NCBI RefSeq assembly: GCF_964199755.1
Contig: NC_133912.1
Location: 190,570 to 254,569 of the forward strand
Source: Larus michahellis
Lineage: Eukaryota
Length of the DNA: 64,000 bases
Direction of reading: 5' to 3'
Within the stretch, counting starts at the first letter, position 1; each line of letters opens with the position of its first letter. The translations under genes were made by a program, and so were the position numbers. This document shows positions 1 through 12,600 of this stretch, piece by piece. Below the pieces are notes generated by a model, which did not search any database, was not told the origin of the DNA, and saw only the letters and a list, made by a program, of their open reading frames with translations.

Positions 1-557
1 GAAGTGATCGTCCCCCTGTACTCGGCACTGGTGAGGCCCCACCTCGAGTACTGCGTCCTGTTTTGGGCCCCTCACCACAAAAAAGGTATTAAGGCACTGG
101 AGCGGGTCCAGGGAAGGGCAACGGAGCTGGTGAGGGATCTGGAGAATAAACTTTATGTGGAGTGGCTGAGAGAGTTGGGATTGTTAAGCCTGGAGAAAAG
201 TAGGCTGAGGGGAGACCTTCTCACCCTCTAAAACTCCCGGAAAGGAGGTTGTAAGGATGTGGGGTCGGTCTCTTCTCCCAAGTAAGAGGCAATAGGACAA
301 AAGGAAATGGCCTCAAGTTGTGCCGGGGAGGTTTAGGCAGGATATTAGGAAAAATTTTTACACTGAAGGGGTTACCTAGCATTGGAACAGACTGCCCAGG
401 AAGTGGTTGAGGCACCATCCATGGAGGTATTTAAAAGATGGGAAGATACAGTGCTTCGAGCTATGGTTTAGTGATGGTTTTTCTCAGAGGTAGGTTGATG
501 GTTGGACTAGGTGATCTGAAAGGTCCCTTCCAACCAAGACAATTCTATGATTCTATA
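1..557 (+). mobile_element. CR1 LINE 3' fragment (RT C-terminal region plus 3' UTR)
   Basis: ORF 4..231 reads [17 protein letters not shown]...[11 protein letters not shown]...[18 protein letters not shown], the conserved CR1 ORF2 tail. The terminus at 521-557 is ...ggtcccttccaaccaagacaattctatgattctata, the CR1 3' end repeat. Confidence 0.85.
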
Positions 558-839
558 CAACTTTCATTCCCTTTTCCAGTCTTTTTCCACTCTCAAGTTC
601 TTCTCTTGGATCACCCTCATCTCCTCCCATACAAACAGCCAACTCTTTTTCACCGTTTCCTTGTTGGCCCTTCCCTTGGTGTTTCTGAGATGGTTACAGT
701 GGCACTTTCCGCCTTCCTCATGACGTCCATTACGCTAGTAACCCCTTTTTCTTACCTCTGCTGTCCTACAGCTACACAAGTTGTCTTGCTAGAGGAACCA
801 CGACTCAGCATGAGCCATCTGCACATGCAATTTAAATGC

Positions 840-1090
840 TGGCATGCTGGAGCTTCAGTGCACAGGCACCTTGAGACACCTGGGCATGTGGCCAACAGAA
901 ACCTCCTCAAGTTTTTCAAGGAGAAGAGGCAAAGTGGGAGAGGACCAGGTGAGGAGTGAGTCTGAGGAGAGGGGCCTGGGCATTTTGAGGGATGCCATAT
1001 GAGCCTCTGGTAAAGGCTCAGCACCATTAAGGCCAGCTGCATATGAGGTGGTGTTAGAAGGACCGCGGCCACCCAGACATGGGGATTTAT
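840..1090 (+). mobile_element. Old diverged CR1 fragment
   Basis: ggccaacagaaacctcctcaagtttttcaaggag...gaggagaggggcctgggcattttgagggatgc translates like the CR1 ANLMKFNKAKCKVL...[10 protein letters not shown] segment. It lies inside the segmental duplicate 558-1190. Confidence 0.45.
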
Positions 1091-1094
1091 CGTC

Positions 1095-1570
1095 CCCCTC
1101 GACTCGGCACTGGTGTGGCCACATCTGCTCTCCTAGTATCCCAGAATGGTTTGGGTTTGAAGGGACTTTTAAAGGTCATCTAGTCCTATGCCTTTTTTTT
1201 AGGGACATCTGTGACTTGATCAGGATGCTCAAAGCCCCGCCCTACCTGACCCTGAACACCGACAAGGATGGGGAATCCACAACTTCTCTGGGCAACCTTT
1301 TCCAGTGTCTCACACCTCTCTCAGTGAAAAATTTCTTCCCTATGTCCAATCTAAATCTACCCTCTTTCAGTGTAAAGCCATTGCCCCTTGTCCTGTCATT
1401 ACTGGCCCTGGAAAAACCTCTCTCTCTCTCTCTTATAAACCTCCCTCATAGATTAAGAGGCCACAAGAAGGTCTCCTTGCAGCTTTTTTGTTTCCAGGCT
1501 CAACAACGTCAACTCTCTCAGCTGTTCTTCCTAGGAGAGGTCTTCCAGCCCTCCAATGCTTTTTGGTGAT
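1095..1570 (-). mobile_element. CR1 3' fragment (minus)
   Basis: 1100-1180 is the reverse complement of the CR1 terminus (...gactagatgacctttaaaagtcccttcaaacccaaaccattctgggatactagg). The plus-frame ORF 1048..1569 is the typical antisense-CR1 reading [20 protein letters not shown]. Confidence 0.7.
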
Positions 1571-1584
1571 CCATGTCTTGACCC

Positions 1585-1850
1585 GCTCTAACAGCTTTAG
1601 GCGTGAGGCATGTGGTGAGGGTTTCAGCTTTGGTGTTCGTGTTCGTGGAAGGGCTACAGATGAGAGCTGCAGGTGAGGGATTAGGGTTAGGGTCCAGGCA
1701 AAGGCTTAGTGGGAGCTGCGTCCTGCCGAGTCTGAGGGGCAAGAGTGTGGAAGGCACTCAGCGTGTCTGGGCCTTTGCGGTGAGCAGAGGGAAAGCTCAT
1801 GTGGTGATGACCAAAAGCATCCCCATTTCAATGAGCTGGGGGTTAGCACT
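1585..1850 (-). repeat. Arm 1 of an inverted repeat carrying a telomere-like (TTAGGG)2-3 core
   Basis: 1640-1720 (gagggattagggttagggtcc...) is the reverse complement of 4630-4740 (gaccctaaccctaatccctcacctgcagctctcatctgtagccc...). The paired ORFs LDPNPNPSPAALICSPS sit on opposite strands. Homology continues at 1790-1830 versus 4505-4560. Confidence 0.55.
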
Positions 1851-3899
1851 GCGCCCCTTGTCTTGACCGGGCACATCCAGGGGGCTACAGCACACAGGAT
1901 GTCTCTGCCTCCTTTCTTTGTCACCCTGCAATCACTGCCTCTGGCTTTCGGCTCTAATCAGCCCCCAGGCAGGCATGCTTCCATTGCCTGAAGCAGCTTC
2001 ATCACCCACAGCCCTCAGCAGACCCTGCTGAACCTCCAAGGCTCTTTATTCCTGCCAGGGCCCTCCACACTCCGTGATGTTCCCTTAGGAGCTTGTTAAC
2101 GTGAAGGAACTGTAATGAGTTTATTCTTGCATCTCAATTGGCCATAGGGTTGCAAGGGGACTTTGAGGGGAGACTGTCTCCAAGGAGGAGTTTTGCTAGA
2201 GTTTGCTGGAGAAGAAAAGTTTTGTTTAACAAGCACATAATGTAATATGGGCAGGGACATCGCTAGAGACATGAGTTGGTGATAAGGCTCTGGGATGGAA
2301 TTTTGGCCAAGAATAAGGCAAAGTTTACTTAATCTGCCACACTGTCTCTTTAGCCAACTCACTAATTGTACGTATATTTATAATTTCCTATCAGTCTCTC
2401 CAACATATATCTTTTATGGTGGTCGTTTGAGGAAGGTGGACCTTATTGGAGGCTTGGACTTGGCATAAAGTGGAGGAATGCATTGGGTTTCTTTAATTAA
2501 TTGGTATCATTTTTTTCCTTCTGGTTGCTCAAATTTAATAAGAATCCCTTGTCTATTTACAGCCAAGTCTGCGGGGGAATCAGGCAGGAATTGGTGCAAA
2601 GGAGCTGTTAACATTCAGCTGCAGACTCAGCGCACAAGTCTGATGTAGGAAAAGAATGCAAGTCCCAGGCAGCCCCAAGAGAAACGGCGGGGAGGAGGAG
2701 GTGGGGGGGCAAGTTGTCCGTATAGTGGGGGACCTCGAGGAGCTGGCAGTTGCTACCTCTCCGGTCCTCCTTAGGAGACCCTCTGGTTCAGTATCAGTTG
2801 GAGAAAGCTGCAAGCATTTCCTCTGGAAGAATAAAAAGACTAATAAAAAGCCCTTTCAAAATGAAAAATTTCCTTTTTATTAAGTTCTTCTTGAAACCTT
2901 CCACTTTAAGTAGACTCCTGAGACCTCTCCAATGAACTGTAGCAGGCTAGAAGCCCTGAAGAAAATCATGGAAGAGCTGTGGCTCATTAGGGCTTTCTGC
3001 ACTTTAACGAGCCCCAGGGGGCATTTGCTGCTGAGCCCAGGAATGCCAGATACTGAGAGGAGCTGGAACAACCTGTGCAGGAATTCAAGTCAGAAGCAAA
3101 CGCCAAAGTGTCTTGGAGCATTAATTGTCCCCACTGAGGGCCATTACAGACCAAGCCTCCCCATGGATTTGTTGGAGCAGGCAAGTGGAGGCTGTGATTA
3201 CAGGGAGGCAAAGGCACTGTGCAGGTGGAGCTGGTGCTGAGTAAAGCCTTGATGTATTTTATCCCGCCAAGCGGCCAGCCCTGGGAAGGGGGATCCTGTC
3301 CCTCACACTGGCTCAGGGCTCCTCCTGGGGCAGTGAGGTGTGGGGTGTGCAATGCCGAGTGAAGGACAACGGCACCACACCTCCCGGCCTCCCTGGCAGG
3401 TGCGAGGAAGCAGTGAGGCCCCGCTTCCATGAGATTAAGGTGTCTCCTTTCAGGCCTTGGTAGCAAAGACAACAGCCACAGCCAAGGGGACAAAGACCTG
3501 CAGGCTGTGGACACCCAACCTGTTTCCTCCCCTTGCGCCCACTGGGGCATCTCCTCGCCTTTACTCACAGCTCTTCTTCCTCCCTGCCTGTTCCTTGGAA
3601 CACCCAGCGTTGCGCTGATCCAGGCTCCCTCTGGGTGACCTCAGCACTCACAGCACTGTCCTTCATGGGACATTTCTTTCTCCTCATGTCCAGTCTTCTT
3701 GGGAATGTTGATTTGGGATCCTGCCCAACTTTGATGTGGCAGCAATTTAAGAATTATTATCACAGGGTTTACTTGTATGATGTTAACAATATTAATCACC
3801 TGGCAATTATCAAAATGATTTAACAAAATTTGCTGTAATCAACACAGCGTCTTATTGACAGATTCAAACATGGCAAGGTTCGCCTGAGACATACGAGAG

Positions 3900-4140
3900 T
3901 TTATATAGTTTAAAGGGGAGTTATGCGTAAGAAAGGGACTCTTGACCAAGGCCTGTAGTGACAGGACAAGAGACAACAGTTCTAAACTGGAAAAGAGTAG
4001 ATTTAGCATAGGCCTGAGGAAGAATTTTTTTATGAAAAGGGTTGTGAGACGATGGAACAGGTTTTCCAGAGATGTTGTGGGTGCCCCAGGACATCGAGGA
4101 TATCAGGCTATCAAAGCGTGCAGGAGGATATGAGGATATG
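3900..4140 (+). mobile_element. CR1 3' coding fragment
   Basis: ORF 3942..4133 reads ...RFSIGLRKNFFMKRVVRRWNRFSRDVVGAP, matching the CR1 [25 protein letters not shown] tail. Confidence 0.6.
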
Positions 4141-4479
4141 AAGACATCAAAGTGTAGATTTTCCAAGGATATCAAAGTATAGGTTTTGAGAGGATTTCAA
4201 AAGTAGATTTCATGAGGCTTTTGAAGGTTGGATTTCAGAGTAGATTTCGCAAGGATTTCAGAGCTCATCTGCTGACAAATGCAGACGAAGGAAAAGAGTG
4301 AGTCATTCACTACTATTGGATTTCTCGAGGTGACCAAGATCGTTTGGCACCAGGAATTTACTACTTTTTGCAAAAAGAGAAACATCTTAATTCTATAGGT
4401 TAACCTCTGTATCTGTTTGTGTGTGCGCGATTCGATTTAAAAAGCTCTCTTGTAAGCCTTGTGTTTGTGTGTGTCTGTG

Positions 4480-4790
4480 TGTGTGATTTGATTCTGGAAG
4501 CTCATTAGAATGATGATGCTTTTGGTCATCAGCAGCTGAGTTTTCCCCTGGTCATCACGAGGGCAGAAACACGCGAAGTGGCTATGCACCCTTCCCCTCT
4601 GACCCAGCACTGCCCAACTCACACTGAGACTTTGCTGGACCCTAACCCTAATCCCTCACCTGCAGCTCTCATCTGTAGCCCTTCCCCGAAAACCAATGCC
4701 AAAGCTGAAACCCTCACCACATGCCTCACGCCTAAACCCAAAGCCAACTCCCTAATCCTGTCCCTCAACCTCCTTTCGTCTTCAACCCCT
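4480..4790 (+). repeat. Arm 2 of the inverted repeat (partner of 1585-1850)
   Basis: See arm 1. It contains ccctaaccctaatccc. Confidence 0.55.
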
Positions 4791-5099
4791 CCCCTAAGTC
4801 TTACTCATGTTTCCCAGGATGTAGGAGGAGGGCAGGGATTGTGAAGTTCTGGAGGGAAAGGCCAGGGAGATGATGAGATGTTAGGGGCAGGCAAGAGGAG
4901 GATGAAGGCAAAGGTGCCCTTGCTGGCGAGTAGATTGTGGTGTCATTAATGCTGGAGGAAGCTGCGTGTGAGGAGCAGCGTGATGAAGTGCTCGAGACGC
5001 CTGAGAGTTTCATCAAAGAGAGAAGGGAGCATGGGATAGGTGAAGGGAGAAGCGTGTGGGAGGGACAGCACTTGGCGAGGTTCCTGCTCTTGAAATGCC

Positions 5100-5400
5100 T
5101 TAACTCTGGCCTAACCCTAAGCCTCTAGCCCTAACCCAACCCCCTAACCCACAAAGCTGAGCAGGACTCAGATCAATTACAAGAAGCCCTAAGAAGAATC
5201 ATCCTGAGCCTCACCATGACCCCTAGCCCTAAAAGGGGAGCTCTTACCCCCAGCCCTACCCCGATCATGAAGCAGAAACTCTGACCAGAGTTTTTGGTTC
5301 GCATGGAAGAGAACTGGTAACAGAAACCCCTAACCCAAAAGCCCTAGCGGCCTCCCTCGGAAACCCTAACCTTCCCTTGTCCTCCAAACCTCACTCTAAG
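5100..5400. repeat. Degenerate interstitial telomere-like (CCCTAA)n-derived tract
   Basis: Repeated ctaaccctaagcc / ccctaacccaaccccctaaccc / aaccctaacc motifs are interspersed across about 300 bp. Confidence 0.45.
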
Positions 5401-6119
5401 CTGTTTTTCCCCCAGAGGCAGAGTGAATGCACAGGTTGTGAGGTCCTGGAACGGTCGCCTGACTTTGGAAGATGAAATGTGAGATGACGTGTATCAGATC
5501 AGCTTGTGGGTGACAAGGTGGGTGATGGTGGGGAAGCTACTCTTATGTCAGCTGTGCCTCGGAACCTCACAGGTGAGTAAGAGGCAGGTGTCTGTGAAGG
5601 TGCCTGAAGTCAATTCTGTCTGAGAACCTCACAGGCCAGAAATAGGAAAATGGCTTGGCTGCTGATCGTGAAGTCACAACCTGTCTCTGCCAGTGAAAGG
5701 GAAGAAAGGTCCCATGGCTGGGTCAAGCACTGGGATAAGCCTGGTCTCAGGCACGGTCACCAGGCAGGCCAGCCAGGACAGCAGGGCATGGACACAAAAG
5801 GACTTTCTTTGGGTATTTTGGCACTCTAACAATGCTGGAAATGTTCATGGAGACCCCTCCAGTGGTAGTGGTGGGAAGGGATTCCCCTGTCATGGGGAAT
5901 CTTTGGCCAGATTATCTCCAGCACCTCCAGTTTCTCTTCATGGAGTCAGAGCTTGGGCTTTCTCCTCCTCTTGTTCTCTTGGACTTTGCTGGGAAACCCT
6001 CTCAGTATTGCTGCAGTCTCCACAGAGTGCCCTTCTTGGAGAGTGAACAGCCAAGCCTGAACTGGGGGCCATCTAGAGCCCTAATGCCCACCTGGGAGAA
6101 GGAGTTAACATTAAGGGGG

Positions 6120-6300
6120 ACAAATGATTCACCATGAACCACAATAAGGTCACCTGCCTAGTGGATGAAGGGAAGGTGGTGGATGTAGTGTTGCTGGATT
6201 TGAGTAAAGCTTTTGATAGTGTCCCTCAAAGTCTCCTTCTGGACAAGTTGCCCAACTTGGAGATGAGCAGGTAGAGGGTGCGGTGAGTGTAGAACTGCCT
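6120..6300 (+). mobile_element. CR1 RT fragment
   Basis: The plus frame reads VTCLVDEGKVVDVVLLDLSKAFDSVPQSLLLDKLPNLEMS, matching the CR1 RT motif (CLMDEGKAVDVVYLDFSKAFDTV...). Compare the CR1 start [23 protein letters not shown] at 54776. Confidence 0.55.
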
Positions 6301-8580
6301 GAACGGTAGGGCTCGACCCATGCGTAGAGTTGCAGAGTAAGAAATGAAGGGCTGCGTGAGCCTCACAGGAGGGCAGGAGATGGTCTCTTCTGGAAGGACC
6401 ATTTGTGCTGTTGGTGATAGAGCCACGCAAGGCTGCCTTGGTCAGACACACTCATCCATTGTTCGTGTCACGTTAAACTGTGCAAACGTAGACATCTGCA
6501 GTGCAGTGACAGGACACAGGCCTTCTAACCTTCCCATGAACCTCCAGCCTGAGCTTTCTCCCTGCACCCCCTTTGGAGGTGAACCTGAGCACAGAGCATG
6601 AGCCATTGGAGTTTGACCACTCAAGACCATCTCCACCTTGGAGCTAATACGGGGCACAGCCAAGGTGGAGGCCCAGGGAGGAGGTGTTGCGGAGCAGCCT
6701 TTTCTGTTGCTGCAAACTAAAGCTAATCACAGACTGAATTTACTTATTTCCTGCTCCCTCCTTGATCTTTTTCTTTTTTTTCTTTTGCCTCTCACAAGCT
6801 TAGCAGTTTTCTTTTGAGCTGCCCAGTCTCATTTCTCAATTTCTCTATTTTTGAAAGTCATGTTCTGTAAGTTGCTCAGAGCCTGCTGATGACGCAAATG
6901 TCCGTTATTCTGATAGTCTTTCTAAAGTTGTTAATGATGCGATGGGTGTCTGGGGAGGAGCACAGGTAGCACTAGCATTGCTGTCATCTTTCCTGGGGTT
7001 GTTCACTAACTGACTTATACCCAGGTAGGAATATGAGTCGCCAGAGAACCCCACGCAGGTGGTTTCCAGGGAAATGACAGAGAGGAAAAGAGGTCACCGC
7101 CGTCTCCTGCGGCACCGTGGAGTGAGCAGTGTGTTCCTGCATTGTGGCTTCTGCCAATGGTAAATCCCTTTCGGCATGCTCTGAAGTGCTGAGGCACTGT
7201 GGCGGCACAGCCACTGCCAAAAGCGGCTGCAGGCATGGGGGTGGCTTGGCTGGGCTCAGAGGAGCAGGTTTTGTTCGGCTTGGAGAAATGCTGCTGGTGA
7301 GACAGTCACTGTGCGAAGAGTCCTCCAGCAGTTTCCCACGCCCAAAGTCAGTCCAGCCCATGCACTAGGTGTGATCTCATGAAGCACCGAGTTATCTGGG
7401 CGTTAGAAAGAATATGCTGTAGGTTTGGGGCCGGGGGGTGGCGGAATGTGTTTATACAAGCAGAAAATGCTGCTTATGGGCAACCTGCCTATAAATGGTT
7501 TCTTTCACTTAAAAATTTGTGTATGATAAATGCAAGTATCTGACGGTATTTCAGGAAATAAAAATATTTCATTTTTCTACATGTTTGCATGCAGAAATGG
7601 GGAGATTAGGAAAGAAATCATGGTCACTTTTCCCTCACATAAACCCTGATTTTATCTTGGAGATTTTGAATGGCAGCTCTAGGAGAACTCACTAGGCAGG
7701 AGCAGTAAGAAAAAAAGAAAAAGTAATAGTGATCACGCTCTTAAGACTGCATGTCTCTGGGAATTCAAGCGTCCTCTTGAACAAGACATTTGTGTTGGTT
7801 TTTTTTCACTTGGCTAATGTGAATGCTTTTATGATATGTGTTCTAAACCGCTATTCTCGTTATTCATATGTCAGAGTTTAAGATGACAAACAGAGCTGCT
7901 TGTTAATGGCTCACGTTCTTCACGTGTGAGCCGTGAGAAGTCCGTGTGCTCTGGGAAATGCAAAAGGGAAGGCTCAGTCTCTCAGCCGACGCGAGCATCG
8001 CTCTGCTCTGCAAGGGCTTACAGGGACTGGGGAACGTTTCTGCGCTGGGAACGGAGCCATGGAGCCCTCAGTAAGCTGCCATGAATCCATGCGACAGAGC
8101 AGCAGGGTCAGGAACAGGAACCGGAACCAGGCAGAGCTTGTCCAGAAGTTATAAAAGCCCGACCTTTTCAGGAAAACTAGATATCTCGGGAGATCACCCA
8201 CTGGTCTCCATTCCTCTATCTTTCATCACCTTCATTTTTTGAATGCTTTGAAAGCACTTTGAGGTAGTGTTGTGATTGCTTGCATAACGCCTCCTTTTAG
8301 CACCCTGAAAGCTCGTGATATATGCACAAATAGCACCTTTTCTGCCTTGTTGAAATGCCCCATGGGTGCATCAATGTACCTGATTCATTGACAGGTAGCA
8401 GTTTGTTTTCTTTCTTATAGACTTCACCTGTCAGCCATGTAAAAATGAATAATTTGGATCTAAGGCATGTCCCCCTGGTCTCTGTGTGTGTCGACAGAGC
8501 TTTGGGAGGTGAGATCTTATCTCTGAGAAGAGCTGAGGGAACCATCTCTCACTAAAATCTAAGAGTGAAAGCTGGTGTTG

Positions 8581-8650
8581 CCCTTCCCTTCCCTTCCCTT
8601 CCCTTCCCTTCCCTTCCCTTCCCTTCCCTTCCCTTCCCTTCCCTTCCCTT
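8581..8650. repeat. (CCCTT)14 microsatellite
   Basis: A perfect pentamer array is seen in the sequence. Confidence 0.95.
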
Positions 8651-8927
8651 CCATCATCCTAGCAGAAAAAATATTTTTTTCTGGTCCATACATCATTTGG
8701 ACTGAAGAGATCTGTTCTGTTTTCTCCTGAGAAGCCTTTGCTCAATGAGCAACTGGTGTTCCGCTCCCATACAGCCATGCAGATCTCGTTTGGGCTTTCC
8801 TAATTACTGCAGTCACACCTGTGCTGGTCTCTGTAGTCTTTCACTGTGCTTGAGGGGTGCGTGATGGTGCGTGGGCCACTGCCGTTGTCCAGTGAGCGTG
8901 TTGTTTGGGTTGCTCTGTGGACAGAAA

Positions 8928-9731
8928 ATGTCCCAAAGAAAAGGCTTGGAGAACCACACAGCAGGACCTGGCTTTCTTCTTCTGGGATTCTCTGACCACG
9001 CCAACCTGCAAGGCCTGCACTTCACAGTCTTCCTGGTCATCTACCTCATGGTCCTCACAGGGAATGGCCTCATGCCAAAAATGCTGCGGGCTTTCCTGAC
9101 GGGAGACGGCAGCATTTCCTTCCTTGGCTGTGCTGCCCAGCTGTATTTCCTGGTTTTGCTGGGCAGCACCGAAAGCCTTCTCCTGGTTGCCGTGTCCTAC
9201 GACTGGTATGTAGCTACCTGTGACCCCCTGCACTATGGCCTCATCCTGAATGGGAGGCTCTGTGTCAGACTGGTGGTGGGCTCATGGGTGGCTGTCATCC
9301 CAGTACAAGTAGGGCAGACTTACCAGCTGTTCACTTTGCCTGGCTGTGCATCCCATAGCCTTCATCACTTCTTCTGTGATGTCCCCTCTCTGTTGGAACT
9401 GGCCTGTGCAGACACTTTCTGGAACCAAGTGATGCTGCACACCATCATCCTGCTCTTTGCAGTCCTTGCCTTTTCCTTGATGGTCGTTTCTTACACTCAA
9501 ATTGTCAGGGCAATGCTGAAAATGCCTTCAGTTCTGGGCAGACGCAAAGCCTTTTCCACCTGCTCCTCACACCTGGGGGTGGTGACTCTCTTCTATGGCT
9601 CCCTCATGGTTGTCTACTTTAAACGACGGTCAAGAGACTCTGCAGACACTGACAAATACCTTGCCCTGTTTTACACGATTGTGACCCCCATGCGCAACCC
9701 CGTCATCTATAGCCTGAGAATAAGGAAGTGA
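8928..9731 (+). pseudogene. Olfactory-receptor-like ORF lacking the ICL1-TM2 segment (probably non-functional)
   Basis: It has OR hallmarks: FLLLGFSD, the PMLNP-type motif ...TPMRNPVIYSLR, KAFSTC, and a splice acceptor ctctgtggacag 3 bp before the ATG. Relative to OR 14379-15341, the about 33 aa block IITAVACDHRLHTPMYFFLLNLALLDLGCISTT is missing (LTGNGL then directly MPKMLRAFL). MAYDRY is mutated to VSYDWY. The product is 267 aa versus about 305-320 for the intact copies. Confidence 0.55.
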
Positions 9732-10539
9732 GAATTGCCCTGAAGAGGCTCCTATGGAGAAAGTGATAGAGCAGAGTATGTGAAAGGAGCCCAAATAGTA
9801 CCAAAAGTCCCAACAAGGTATTTGGTTGTGTGAACACAGGTGTCCCATAGTAGCTTAGACAAAACCCGTCTCCTGCCTGGCTATAATCCTCCTCAGGAGG
9901 GGGACAGCTCTCCTGGGGCATTCCTGTTATCTCTGATAACTCCACCTAGGTATCTTCATACTCCAGAGCAGCTTCAGCTCCCCTGGAGAGATGACTGCAA
10001 ACAGCTTGTTCACACTGTGTCTGCCCAAGCTGCCAGTACCTTTAAAGGAAAACAGTCGAATCAGTCAAGAGGGATTAGAGGGTGACTCATCCAGTGAGAA
10101 GACGACTAACCTCAGGCTGGGAAATCATTTGCTGGACCCCATTGACTATCCAGAGTGTCCATGGATGGCATCAGCTTAGGAGAATTGAAGGACCTGAAAG
10201 TCATCTTCCCATCCTATCATATTTTGCATTGAGCTGTACAATGCTTGACAAACTCAACATGAATAGACCAAAAGCAAAACCAAACCCGAAATCACTAGGA
10301 GATTTTCATGACACAAATAGGCAAAGCTGTGAGTAACAGAGCCTGAAATCGACGTGCAGCCTGCTTTGAGCAAGAGGTTATGCTGGAGACTTCCCATGAT
10401 CCGTTGCCATCTGAATGGTTTTATGAGTCTACACAGCATTTCTTCGAAACTGACTTTGCTGATAAGATGGAGAAACAAGACTGAGACTGATTGACTGAGC
10501 TTTTGCAATGTCTGCCTTAGAATGAGATGGGTTCTCCCT

Positions 10540-11590
10540 GTGTCTCTCCAGTGGTGGCAAAGTGGGCTGAGATCATCACGTGCACATGGAAACCAGTGAC
10601 GAGTGGCGTTCCTCAGGGGTCAGTACTGGGACCAGTGCTGTTTAACATCTTTGTTGGTGACATGGACAATGGGATTGAGTGCACCCTCAGCAAGTTTGCC
10701 GACGACGCCAAGCTGTGTGGCACAGTCAACACGCTGGAGGGAAGGGATGCCATCCAGAGGGACATGGACAGGCTTGAGAGGTGGGCCTGTGTGAACCTCA
10801 TAAAGTTCAGCCAGGCCACGCGCAATGTCCTGCACCTGGGTCATGGCAATCCCAGGCACAAATCCAGGTTGAGCGGAGAATTGCTTGAGAGCTGCCCTGA
10901 GGAGAAGGTGGTGCTGGTGGGCGAGAAGCTCAACATGAGCAGGCAAAGTGCACTTGCAGCCCAGAAAGCCAACCGCATCCTCGGCTGCATCAAAAGATGC
11001 ATGGCCAGCAGTGCGAGACAGGGGATTCTGCCCCTCTGCTCCGCTCTGGTGAGACCCCACCTGCAGTACTGTGTCGAGCTCTGGAGTCCTCAGCACAAGA
11101 AGGACATGGACCTGTTGGAAGGGGTCCAGCGGAGGGCCACAAAGATGATCAGAGAGCTGGAGCCCCTCTGCTCTGAGGACAGGCTGAGAGAGTTGGGGTT
11201 GTTCAGCCTGGAGAAGGGAAGGCTCCGCGGAGACCTTACAGCGGCCTTCCAGTCCCTAAAGGGTGCCTACCGGAAGGATGGGGAGGGACTCTTTATCAGG
11301 GAGTGTGATGATAGGGCATGGGGTAATGGCCTCAAATTGAAAGAGGGTAGATTTAGAATGGATATCAGGAAAAAATTCTTTACTGTGAGGGTGGTGAGGC
11401 ACTGGAACAGGTTGCCCAGAGAAATTGACAATGCCCCATCCCTGGAGGTGTTCAAGGCCAGGCTGGGTGAGGCTTTGAGCAACGTGGTCTAGTGCGAGGT
11501 GTCCCTGCCCAGGGCAGGGGGGTTGGAACTGGGTGATCTTTAAGGTCTCTTCCAACTCAAACCATCCTGTGATTCTGTGTGATTCTGTAA
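10540..11590 (+). mobile_element. CR1 LINE (RT palm to 3' end)
   Basis: ORF 10527..11492 covers [22 protein letters not shown]...FADDAKL...[45 protein letters not shown]...[24 protein letters not shown]...[16 protein letters not shown]. The 3' end at 11560-11590 is ccatcctgtgattctgtgtgattctgt. Confidence 0.85.
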
Positions 11591-11689
11591 AGATATTAAA
11601 GTGATCTGTCCCCAAATATCAAGCACTGAGGAACAAGCATCAGGGTGACCATCTGCACACAAACATTAACAGCTGACCAAATGGAGCTT

Positions 11690-12600
11690 GAGGCCAGGGG
11701 CAGCTGGAGAAATGCTGGGATTTGGCCAACAGAAATGTCTTGAAGTTTTCCAAGGAGAAGTGTCCAGTCCTGCATCCCAGCGAAGAATAACCCCAATGCA
11801 GCAGGACAGGCTGGGACCTGATGTGCTGAGCAGGGACCCTGCGGAGAAGGGGCTGGGCAGCCTGAGGGACGCCTCATGAGCCAGTGGTGCACGCTCACTG
11901 TGGACAAGGCCGGCTGTCTATGGGGCTGCAGGAGGAGGAGCGTGTGCCCCCCAGGCAACTTGAGTCACCTTCCCCTTTGACTCAGCACTGCTGTGGCCCA
12001 ACGCACACAGCTGTGTCCCAGTGTGCGGCTCCCCATTTTGGAGAAGTGGAGAGGACCAGGAGAGTGTCCAGAGGAGGTCTGCCACGATGGGCTTGAGGGC
12101 CCAGTGCACGTGTGCTTTGTGGAGAGGCTGAGGGACCTGGGCTTCTCTGGCCCAGTGGCAGGGAGGCTCTGGGCAGTATTGGAATAGCCTGAAGCTGGTT
12201 GCAGGGTTATTTCAGAGACGATGGAGCTTTTCTTTGGTAGGAAACAGCAGGAGAAAGAAATAATGCAACAGAGGTCAGCTTGGGAGGTTGAGACTGGACA
12301 CCAGGAGAAAGAAATGCCACTGCAAGGGCAGTGCTGTGCTGCAACAGATCACCCAGAGGGAGTCGGGATCAGCCCAAGGTGTTGTGTTTCAAGAAGAGCC
12401 AAGGACGATGGAGAGAGGTCAGTAAAAGCAGTGAGATGCCGAGAGGAGAGCAAGACGAGCAAGACGGGGAAGCAGGGGGGATGTCTGCAGCCTGCAGGGG
12501 AAGAGGAGCAGATGTGGGACACCATAGCACAGCCTGTGGTGGAGACGATCAAGGGAGCTTGGCAAGGCTGAAAGCCCCCAACAGTGCTTATGTCTTTCTC
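11690..12600 (+). mobile_element. Old diverged CR1 copy
   Basis: ttggccaacagaaatgtcttgaagttttccaaggagaag... corresponds to ANLMKFNKAKC. 12040-12130 atggagagtgtccagaggaggtctgccacgatgggcttgag...gagaggctgagggacctgggc corresponds to [22 protein letters not shown]. 12200-12560 continues with CR1 tail homology. Confidence 0.45.

Noticed and set aside
8581-8650. Regularly spaced short repeats that could be mistaken for a CRISPR array ((CCCTT)n; also (CTTT)n at 15353-15460)
   Set aside because: They are perfect microsatellites with no spacers, and the rest of the window is unambiguously vertebrate.
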